DNA of 26,041 nucleotides from Nanobdellota archaeon (GTDB taxonomy: Archaea; Aenigmatarchaeota; Aenigmatarchaeia; QMZP01), in assembly GCA_043814765.1 (NCBI GenBank), contig JBDRJQ010000033.1, positions 1-26,041 on the forward strand, in the 5' to 3' direction. This document shows, piece by piece, positions 9,491-16,885 of the stretch. The position numbers and the translations under genes were made by a program. Positions within the stretch are counted from its first letter, which is position 1. Each line of letters begins with the position of its first letter. The notes under the pieces were generated by a model. That model searched no databases. It was not told where the DNA came from and saw nothing but the letters and a program-made list of their open reading frames with translations.

Positions 9491-9601
9491 TTTTCTCTCC
9501 TTTTGAGAAATTGTTTTTATCAAACCCTTTCGGGATTATCTTGAGTTTCAGAACAGAAGCGAATAGATTATGATAAGAAAATAACTTAACGCGAGACTGC
9601 T

Positions 9602-9679
9602 TTACCTCAGAGCGACTGCAATGCTATTTGCAGTAGCTGTAATGAAACTTGTTGTAAACATAAAATTGGCAAATATCAT
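9602..9679 (-). CDS. Putative 25-aa upstream ORF/leader peptide MIFANFMFTTSFITATANSIAVALR
   Basis: Manual translation. AAGGA upstream, and a TTTAAATA TATA-like box ending 22 nt before the ATG. Confidence 0.4.
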   Translation of the reverse strand: MIFANFMFTTSFITATANSIAVALR

Positions 9680-9784
9680 GTTTATTCCTTGATAATAGTG
9701 GTATTTAAAGACATCAACCACATTTTTGTATTTTTTCTAAAAAAGTAACATATATTTATAAGTATTGTGGGACAAATTCTTATT

Positions 9785-10228
9785 ATGGATGAAAAGGATA
9801 TGAAAATACTCTCAATCGTGAGGGAAGATGCCAAAATGACAAATAGACAGATCTCCAAGAAACTTTTAATACCATTGTCAACAGTTAACAACAGAATAAG
9901 GAACATGGAAAAGGATGGCGTTATAAAGAAATACATTGCCGTACCAGATTATAAAAAAATTGGATTCAGTGCAGTGGCTTATGTGCTAGTTTCTGTTGAT
10001 TATACAAATTTTGAAACTGTTGAAATCATGAAAAAAGAATTCAAAGAATCAATTGGTGACAATGGTATTATAGAGAGTTTTGACGCAGTTACAGGTACTA
10101 CAGATATGGTCCTTAAAATAAGAACGCGTGGAATAGAAGGTCTTGATAAGTTTCTAGTTGCTGCAAATTTGAGAAAGTTGAAATATGTAAAGGATACAGA
10201 AACAATGTTAGTGCTGAGAGAACTTTAA
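9785..10228 (+). CDS. Lrp/AsnC family transcriptional regulator (paralogue 1)
   Basis: MDEKDMKILSIVREDAK..STVNNRIRNMEKDGVIKKY HTH and RAM domain VTGTTDMVLKI. ATG at 9785 gives 147 aa. Confidence 0.93.
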   Translation: MDEKDMKILSIVREDAKMTNRQISKKLLIPLSTVNNRIRNMEKDGVIKKYIAVPDYKKIGFSAVAYVLVSVDYTNFETVEIMKKEFKESIGDNGIIESFDAVTGTTDMVLKIRTRGIEGLDKFLVAANLRKLKYVKDTETMLVLREL

Positions 10229-10258
10229 ATACCTTTAAGTTGACAGATGAAAATAGAA

Positions 10259-10334
10259 AGACCCGCTTAGGCGGGTCATTTGTTTTAAACAATAGAGACC
10301 CGCTTAGGCGGGTCATTTGTTTTAAACAATAGAG
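10259..10334. repeat. Perfect 37-bp tandem duplication containing a terminator-like hairpin
   Basis: AGACCCGCTTAGGCGGGTCATTTGTTTTAAACAATAG at 10259-10295 and 10296-10332. Each copy has a GACCCGC-TTAG-GCGGGTC stem-loop. The second copy overlaps the LemA stop codon. Confidence 0.9.
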
Positions 10335-11026
10335 GTTGATTTTTGAGCTTGGGGCTTGAAGTAAGGATCAGAAATCAGAGGAATATCGCCTGTGGCGATT
10401 TTGTTAAGATCCAAAGCTATATATTCCTCATCATTCTCATCAACTTGAAGCATAACGATACTATTGAACCCACATATCTGCGCAACAAAGCACTCCGGCA
10501 TTGATGTGACAAGAGTGTTGTATTCCGCCACAACAACATTATAAGAATTCCTTGCTGCTATGATAGTAGCTTCAATTCCAAGAATCTCTTCCCGGAATTT
10601 GTGAAACGCTTCCGAAATCCTGTTGACCTCCTCAGGATAGTTTTCTTCGAATCTCGAAAGGCCCCATCCTATCATCGAGTTGATGGGAATTCCGCCACTC
10701 AAATCTTCCTGTTTGTAGCGCCCTATCATTGTTTCCACAAGAGTCTGTCTAAACTCTTTAGGCAACAATCCAATGAAAGATGGAAGACTCTTGATAACCT
10801 GATCTCGGCGCCTTTTAAGCTGGTTGCCAATATCAGCGAAGGCTTTTTCTGTCTTCCTTTTCATGACATTGAGGTTGTTGTAAGTGATGGTGAACCAGGA
10901 GACAACATAGAATACCATGAACAGAGCAGCACAGAGAGCAAGGATACCTGCAACTGTAGTTCCCCTCTCATACATATAGTATCCTGCCATCAATACTGTG
11001 GCTGATGTGATGTACCAGTACATCAT
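10322..11026 (-). CDS. lemA: LemA family protein
   Basis: N-terminal TM helices, then YNNL..EKAFADIGNQLKRRRD and IIAARNSYNVVVAEYNTLVTSMPECFVAQICGF, which match LemA hallmarks. Confidence 0.82.
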   Translation of the reverse strand: MMYWYITSATVLMAGYYMYERGTTVAGILALCAALFMVFYVVSWFTITYNNLNVMKRKTEKAFADIGNQLKRRRDQVIKSLPSFIGLLPKEFRQTLVETMIGRYKQEDLSGGIPINSMIGWGLSRFEENYPEEVNRISEAFHKFREEILGIEATIIAARNSYNVVVAEYNTLVTSMPECFVAQICGFNSIVMLQVDENDEEYIALDLNKIATGDIPLISDPYFKPQAQKSTSIV

Positions 11027-12339
11027 TCATCACCTCCTTCTGCAGGCGGTCTGATAGAGAGTTCCTCTCTAAATGTTTCGAGAAGTCCACCAAATCCTGA
11101 CAGTGGACTTTCCGAGTACGACAGGTTCTCATTATGCAGAAGCGTATGCATGCTGAGTTCTGTCATGTCGTTGTTGTAGCCAACAATATATAACTCAGTG
11201 TCATGAAGAACACTGGGCGCACTCCAACCGTTTGCTATTTCAGGAGAGAGTGGATGGTAATCAGGTTCACCGTCTGTTACGCAGACAAGTATTTTCCCCT
11301 GATCATTTCCTGTGTCGTGAGTCTGTAAATAATTAACAGACCACATGAATCCACCAACGACATCAGTGCCACGATCACGAGATGGTGTGATAGTTTCGAC
11401 AAGATCCCTAATATCTATAATGTCTCGTATGGGATTAGTTATCATCCGAGAAACTACCACATCGATGCTGTCATCAACTGTGAGAATTGTTATGAAATCG
11501 TTCTCTCTCAGAGAGATTACCATTTCACTTAAACTCTCTTTTGCCTCTGGAAGAAATGTGCGAAAACTGCCCGAAACATCGAGCATTACTACAAGATTGA
11601 TTGAAGATCTTTCCGTAGCTTTTAGTTCAGGTTCGATTATTTCTTCACGCTCTATAACCACAGGAAAATTCCTTCTAGTGCTACCAGAAGGATACGTTAA
11701 GAGTTCTGAAGAAAGATCGACTGAAGTGCTGAGATAGTATCCTCTTCCATCTGAAGGGAATGTGTAAAGATCAACCGCTTCTGCAGCTTCAAAAACATCC
11801 CTCCAGGAATCGAATACTGTTTGAGTGCCGATTAGGTCAATTCTGGACAGACCGAGAAATATCATTCTGGTCGGTCCAGAATTGTAGATATCATTTATTG
11901 AGTAAACAATATCGTCATAGTTTGCAGAAACACTTCCACCATGAACTAATCCCACCAATAAAAACGGGGTATCTGGTAGTCTGTCTCTGGATATGGATTC
12001 AAACAATGACCCATAATCAACATTCTGTGTGGGTGGATGTTCTTTCCCATTGAAGACATCCTCAAGTATTGTTTCAGATGTAAGAGAAGTAGCGTCCGTG
12101 TACCTGATTATCTGTGGAGTGTCTTCTAGAGTGTAAATAGTCAGAGGACCTGGTTGTGATGCCATTATGACACGCACAATAATTCTCTTGCTTTCTTCAC
12201 TGCGAAGTTCATCAATGAAAAAAGGATTCAGATCAATAACAATCACTGGTCCGAATCTTTTAATTTCGAATATTGATGCACCATCACAGCTTACCAGAAG
12301 AAATGAAACCAGAATGAGTAAAAGAATGAATTTTTTCAT
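11023..12339 (-). CDS. von Willebrand factor A domain lipoprotein
   Basis: ATG at 12339 with GGAGG SD. MKKFILLLILVSFLLVSC lipobox. MIDAS residues VVMLDVSGS..GTD..VTDGEP. Stop overlaps the LemA start (ATGA). Confidence 0.87.
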   Translation of the reverse strand: MKKFILLLILVSFLLVSCDGASIFEIKRFGPVIVIDLNPFFIDELRSEESKRIIVRVIMASQPGPLTIYTLEDTPQIIRYTDATSLTSETILEDVFNGKEHPPTQNVDYGSLFESISRDRLPDTPFLLVGLVHGGSVSANYDDIVYSINDIYNSGPTRMIFLGLSRIDLIGTQTVFDSWRDVFEAAEAVDLYTFPSDGRGYYLSTSVDLSSELLTYPSGSTRRNFPVVIEREEIIEPELKATERSSINLVVMLDVSGSFRTFLPEAKESLSEMVISLRENDFITILTVDDSIDVVVSRMITNPIRDIIDIRDLVETITPSRDRGTDVVGGFMWSVNYLQTHDTGNDQGKILVCVTDGEPDYHPLSPEIANGWSAPSVLHDTELYIVGYNNDMTELSMHTLLHNENLSYSESPLSGFGGLLETFREELSIRPPAEGGDE

Positions 12340-12340
12340 T

Positions 12341-13336
12341 TTATTCAACCTCCATATCAAAAGCAGTCCCATAGTATGAAGTAACTACGGGTACTTCATC
12401 GTCATAACTGCCGTTGCCTCCACCAGGTAAACCAAACGGTACCAAGCTTGGGGCGTCATCTGGGGCGTCATCTGGGGCGTCATCTGGGGTGTTATGCTCA
12501 ATGAGCATATTGACAAGTTCCTTGACACAGGCTTTGCGAGCATTCAACCATTCCGAATAACCGAGCTCGCTTCCGAGAATCGCGATCATCCACATATCAA
12601 TCTCGAAATTGGGGTTTGAATCCATGAGAAATTTTCTCAAGATGTCATGTGATTTGGACATCAACTCGGAAGGAGGTAACATGGATTTGATGTCATTCAG
12701 AAGTTTGTGCCAATCATTAGGTCTACCTAATTTGGCAGCAGCTCTCTTAGCGGCAGCTTTGTATACACCATCAATGACGCTTCCTTTCGGAATCAACATC
12801 ATTATAGGTCTTACCGAACCATCAACATAAAGATATGTAAAAAATCCTACTAACACAGCAAGAACGAAAAGCAGAACAGAAATAACAAGTATTCCTGCCA
12901 ATGGAGCGTCACCATATGCTAACTGCATACCCTTCTGCCAGGCTACGGTGCCTCCAAAAGTTAGGGCGGTTAACATGACCAAGTACCCCATATGATACAT
13001 GATCAGTTTTCCTGATTTTGATTCACCTGTCTTGATTTGTCGTTGCTCTTCCTTCTTTTTTGAAGAATAATACCACCATCCGATAAGAACCTCGAACATG
13101 GTTCCACCAAGAACGAGGATCCATAAACCTGAGTGTTGTGCAGCGTATTGCCACACCATAACTGAGACAGTTAACATAATTCCTAACAAAACCAGTGTAA
13201 GGTTATGCATAAGAATTATTCGTTGCGGGATTTTTGCTGTAATTCCCAGGACGGTTACTGTCCCACCGCCAAGAATCAGAAGCGTGGCCACAATATACCA
13301 CGCTGGTGTTTGTAATATGAAAAATGCTGCGTTCAT
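12341..13336 (-). CDS. Hypothetical multi-pass membrane protein
   Basis: ATG at 13336 with AAGGAG SD. About 5 hydrophobic helices, then a soluble C-terminal domain. First gene of an apparent 3-gene operon. Confidence 0.8.
   Translation of the reverse strand: MNAAFFILQTPAWYIVATLLILGGGTVTVLGITAKIPQRIILMHNLTLVLLGIMLTVSVMVWQYAAQHSGLWILVLGGTMFEVLIGWWYYSSKKKEEQRQIKTGESKSGKLIMYHMGYLVMLTALTFGGTVAWQKGMQLAYGDAPLAGILVISVLLFVLAVLVGFFTYLYVDGSVRPIMMLIPKGSVIDGVYKAAAKRAAAKLGRPNDWHKLLNDIKSMLPPSELMSKSHDILRKFLMDSNPNFEIDMWMIAILGSELGYSEWLNARKACVKELVNMLIEHNTPDDAPDDAPDDAPSLVPFGLPGGGNGSYDDEVPVVTSYYGTAFDMEVE
12449..12489. repeat. 12-bp coding tandem repeat (PDDA x3)
   Basis: TGGGGCGTCATC x3 plus partial TGGGG. Confidence 0.9.
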
Positions 13337-13377
13337 CGTTTTTCTCCTTGTCAAAAGAATTTGAAATTATATGAAAA

Positions 13378-13420
13378 AGCTCTTTAGAGCGTTGAATAGA
13401 ACGTATAGCTCTTTAGAGCG
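13378..13420. repeat. Two copies of near-palindromic AGCTCTTTAGAGCG, 29 bp apart
   Basis: Copies at 13378-13391 and 13407-13420. A T-run follows on the minus strand. Confidence 0.8.
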
Positions 13421-13547
13421 AAACCTTTAACCATACTGAAAGCATAACTCTAACTAGCTCTATTACCCCAATCACGAGACCGTAACCGGTTAAAGTTAAT
13501 GGCGGTACAACCATCATAGCCAGCATAATGAATACTGTTGTTGCCAT
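13413..13547 (-). CDS. Putative 44-aa hydrophobic upstream ORF MATTVFIMLAMMVVPPLTLTGYGLVIGVIELVRVMLSVWLKVSL
   Basis: Manual translation with AAGGAG SD upstream. The stop codon lies inside one palindromic repeat copy. Confidence 0.5.
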   Translation of the reverse strand: MATTVFIMLAMMVVPPLTLTGYGLVIGVIELVRVMLSVWLKVSL

Positions 13548-13831
13548 TTTTCTCAGCTCCTTTGATGTCTAAATACTCTAGACGTTTTACGCAAGACAAA
13601 TCTTGTGCAAAATTTTATGAGATTGTGTGAACATTAAAATGACTGTTTTAACCTTAAAAACAATTATATATTAACCTATCATTCCAAAAACTGAATGTAT
13701 ATACTGAAAAAACACTACCTTTTTATATTAGATGGTACATATGTTTCATCAAATAAACAAACGTTCCGAATATTCATTAATTAATAAAGAAAAACATTAA
13801 CTTTTTATATCCAATTGTACAAATACTCCTT

Positions 13832-14275
13832 ATGGATGAAAAAGACAGAAAAATCCTGTCTATTTTGCAGGAGAATTCCAAGCTGAGCACAAGGCAGATT
13901 GCAAAGAAAGCCTTACTTCCAATTACAACAGCCCACAACAGGATAAAAAAGATGAAAAGAGATGGAATTATAGAAAAGTACACAATAATCCCCAATTACA
14001 AAAAAATAGGAATGAGCGTAGTAGCTTATGTCCTTATAACAGTGGATTATAAACTGCTGGGGACAAACGAGCAAGCCAAGAAGGAAATAGAAAAAATGAT
14101 AAGCCAGTACGGGATAGTTGAGAATTTCAGCCTTGTTACAGGGGTCACAGATGCAATACTGAGAATAAGAACAACAGATATAGACACGCTAAACAATTTC
14201 CTGGTTCAAAGACTCAGGCAATTGGATTTCGCAACAAAGACAGAGACATTGATTGTTTTGAAGGACATTCAATGA
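13832..14275 (+). CDS. Lrp/AsnC family transcriptional regulator (paralogue 2)
   Basis: MDEKDRKILSILQENSK..TTAHNRIKKMKRDGIIEKY and VTGVTDAILRI; 147 aa. Confidence 0.93.
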   Translation: MDEKDRKILSILQENSKLSTRQIAKKALLPITTAHNRIKKMKRDGIIEKYTIIPNYKKIGMSVVAYVLITVDYKLLGTNEQAKKEIEKMISQYGIVENFSLVTGVTDAILRIRTTDIDTLNNFLVQRLRQLDFATKTETLIVLKDIQ

Positions 14276-14395
14276 TAATATATTTTTGCAGGATCAGCTA
14301 TGTTTATTTAGCCCTTCAAGCCGACAATAATAACAATATAAGACCACCAATACAATCGAGATTTATACAACTATGTGGATACTTGAATAATTTTT

Positions 14396-14587
14396 CTATA
14401 TTTGGTATTTTTTTTCAGTGCTAACTTCGTTCCTTCTGACTGGAATGTTTTTATTTTCTGATAGAATGTCATAAGCTTCGATAGAATTGAATGAATTTTC
14501 TAGTCTTGATGCATAATCATCCGGAGAACGAAATTCAGGCACTTCAATAGGTTCAGAGTCTTTTAATGGAATATAAACACACCTCAA
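14396..14587 (-). CDS. Small hypothetical protein or gene remnant
   Basis: 63-aa ORF with TTG start, divergent from Lrp paralogue 3. No recognisable motif. Confidence 0.35.
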   Translation of the reverse strand: MRCVYIPLKDSEPIEVPEFRSPDDYASRLENSFNSIEAYDILSENKNIPVRRNEVSTEKKYQI

Positions 14588-14698
14588 TATTTCTAATTAA
14601 GCGTTAGAATAATATCTATAATAGTATGCTTTTCCAAATATGGAACCAAACACTACAATTACAGTAAGTTTTTTAAGTATAATGGAACATTATTCAAT

Positions 14699-15142
14699 AT
14701 GGACGAGAAAGATGCGAAAATTTTATCTATTTTAAAAAATAATGCGAGGACGAGCACAAGAGAGATATCCAAAAAGACCATGTTGCCGATTACTACTGTG
14801 CACAACAGGATAAAAAGGATGCGGAAGAACGGCTTAATAAAAAAATATACAATTGTGCCTGATTACAACAAGCTTGGAATGGGCATACTTGCATACATCT
14901 TTCTTCACATAAATTACAGGCTAATGCACAGGGACAGTGTCGAATCGGAACTGAGAAAGCTGATAGAGCCGCACGGTATAATAGAGGACATAAGTTTCGT
15001 AACTGGTATTATGGATATTGTGCTAAAAGTAAGAACAGATAATTTAAGCACCCTCAGCAATTTTGTAGGAAAGTCGCTCAGGGAGACAGAATTTGTTAAA
15101 GATACAGAGACGCATGTTGTTTTAACAGACCATAATGATTAA
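14699..15142 (+). CDS. Lrp/AsnC family transcriptional regulator (paralogue 3)
   Basis: MDEKDAKILSILKNNAR..TTVHNRIKRMRKNGLIKKY and VTGIMDIVLKV; 147 aa. Confidence 0.93.
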   Translation: MDEKDAKILSILKNNARTSTREISKKTMLPITTVHNRIKRMRKNGLIKKYTIVPDYNKLGMGILAYIFLHINYRLMHRDSVESELRKLIEPHGIIEDISFVTGIMDIVLKVRTDNLSTLSNFVGKSLRETEFVKDTETHVVLTDHND

Positions 15143-15160
15143 TTATAGAACTGTGATTGG

Positions 15161-16531
15161 TTAGAAATTAACAAAATCCTTTTCGTACTCGCTTCTTTCA
15201 GTTATTTCACCTGCTATATTGGTTAGCATCATATTCTGGATTTTTTTGAAGTTTTTAGTCTGTCCCAGAACCCAGCAGAGCTTAATGTATGCTGTCTCTG
15301 GTGTCATATCCTCTCCTGGTATTGCACCGGCTTCGTGATAAAGTATTCTCAGATTAGTATAGACATTTGGATTTATTCTGCCGTATATTGTCTGAGGCGC
15401 GATAACTACTGGAATGCCTGCGTCCACAGTTCTCTTTATGGTTTCTATCCAGCTGTTTGCTCCGCTTGTTGGAACATGTCCCAGGCCAGTTCCTTCTATA
15501 ACAAAACCATGATAGCCCTTCTTTTTGTAATAATCTATGAGATCCGGAGTGGATCCTGGATAAGCTTTGATTAGTGCAACTTTTGGATCAAAGTTTGGCT
15601 CAACTGTAACCTTGCCTTCTCCGCGCTTTCTGACATTGCTTGAAACAGTCTCTACCTTTCCGTTAGGCCAAACCTTTGCCAAGGGAAGATCGTTTATTGG
15701 CCTGAATGCGTCTCTTCTGGATGTGTGCATCTTTCTGACTTTTGTACCGCGTATGAAATAACAATAACTGTCACCAGCCTCGGCGTGCATGCATGTGCCA
15801 ACCTCTGCTATGTGAGATAGAGCTGCATGGGCTGCACATATAATATTGAAACCTGCATCTGATGAACCTCTGTCGCTGGATCTCTGCGCGCCCACAAAAA
15901 CAACAGGTTTTGTTATGTTCTTTAGCATAAATGACAGAGCAGCAGTTGTATAGTGCATGGTATCAGTACCGTGCGCAACTATAACACCTTTAGCATCGCT
16001 GTTGAGTTGCTTTGCAACCTCTTTTGCTATTGCTTGCCAGTGTTTGTGGTCCATGTCTTCGCTCATAATATTGAGCGGGTTTGACATGTATTTTATGTTG
16101 ACAAATTCTTTCAGCTCGGGAATATTGTGCAGAACCTCTTCTGGTTTCATAGAAGCAATGACGCCACCAGTTTCATATTCTATGCGGGAAGCAATTGTTC
16201 CGCCAGTTGAAACAAATGATATGGGAGGTTTTTTTGGATCGAATTTTATTTTTAGAAGCTTTTTATCTATCTTTCCCAGTTCATATTTCCTTTCTTCTTT
16301 TACGCCTTCAGGTGTTTTAGTAGATGACTTTTTAATAGACACTCCTTTACCAAATTTTATGCCAACATTGTACCCGTTGTCTAATTTTATTACAACAGAG
16401 TCAGGGTCTCCTACCTCTGTTTTAGGCATTAAGACACCGTCATATTTCTTCTTGCCATTGGACAAAATAATTCGATCGCCTGTTCTGACTTTTTGTCTCT
16501 TTAGAACTGATTCAATCCTTTTTGAGTACAT
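15161..16531 (-). CDS. gatD: Glu-tRNA(Gln) amidotransferase subunit D
   Basis: GatD N-domain (IKLDNGYNVG), STGGTIASRIEYETGGV, HGTDTM, GAQRSSDRGSSD and KMHTSRRDAF motifs. Confidence 0.96.
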   Translation of the reverse strand: MYSKRIESVLKRQKVRTGDRIILSNGKKKYDGVLMPKTEVGDPDSVVIKLDNGYNVGIKFGKGVSIKKSSTKTPEGVKEERKYELGKIDKKLLKIKFDPKKPPISFVSTGGTIASRIEYETGGVIASMKPEEVLHNIPELKEFVNIKYMSNPLNIMSEDMDHKHWQAIAKEVAKQLNSDAKGVIVAHGTDTMHYTTAALSFMLKNITKPVVFVGAQRSSDRGSSDAGFNIICAAHAALSHIAEVGTCMHAEAGDSYCYFIRGTKVRKMHTSRRDAFRPINDLPLAKVWPNGKVETVSSNVRKRGEGKVTVEPNFDPKVALIKAYPGSTPDLIDYYKKKGYHGFVIEGTGLGHVPTSGANSWIETIKRTVDAGIPVVIAPQTIYGRINPNVYTNLRILYHEAGAIPGEDMTPETAYIKLCWVLGQTKNFKKIQNMMLTNIAGEITERSEYEKDFVNF

Positions 16532-16580
16532 AAATAATAATTGGATTTATTGTTTAATATGTATTATTGAGTTTTTGGAT

Positions 16581-16601
16581 GAAACCTTTCCTAAAGGTTT
16601 C
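16581..16601. terminator. Perfect 9-bp inverted repeat directly after the orphan gene's stop codon
   Basis: GAAACCTTT-CCT-AAAGGTTTC. Confidence 0.5.
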
Positions 16602-16856
16602 TTATAAATAATATTCCTTTATCTTCTTCTTTCCTAATTTTTTCTTCTCTTTTCTAAATTCTTCTTCCAAATCAGTAGCATATACGTCAAGTGCTAAATC
16701 AGAATCAAAACCATGATATCTTATGCCGAACTCTTTGGTTTGGGTTATATAATAATCATAAACAATTATCAGAGGAAGAAGCGGGTTATCTGGGTCTAAT
16801 CTTCTCAGTTTCCATTTAGCTTTTGTTATCCTGCATGTAGTTGTTTCATGAGACAT
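16602..16856 (-). CDS. Hypothetical protein
   Basis: 84-aa ATG ORF between rpl31e and gatD. No recognisable motif. Confidence 0.6.
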   Translation of the reverse strand: MSHETTTCRITKAKWKLRRLDPDNPLLPLIIVYDYYITQTKEFGIRYHGFDSDLALDVYATDLEEEFRKEKKKLGKKKIKEYYL

Positions 16857-16885
16857 AAAAATAATTTAGTTTAAGCATTAATATT

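Noticed and set aside
10259..10334. 37-bp palindromic repeat as a CRISPR mini-array
   Set aside because: Only two copies, directly abutting with no spacer, and no cas genes in the window.
9701..13577. GTATTTA(AA)GACATCAA near both uORF starts (~9701-9717 plus strand; ~13562-13577 minus strand)
   Set aside because: The two copies are in opposite orientation relative to the cargo and need a gap to align. This could be chance in AT-rich DNA.
6466..15160. Island as a provirus or integrative element
   Set aside because: No integrase, terminase, capsid, replication gene or tRNA attachment site is recognisable.
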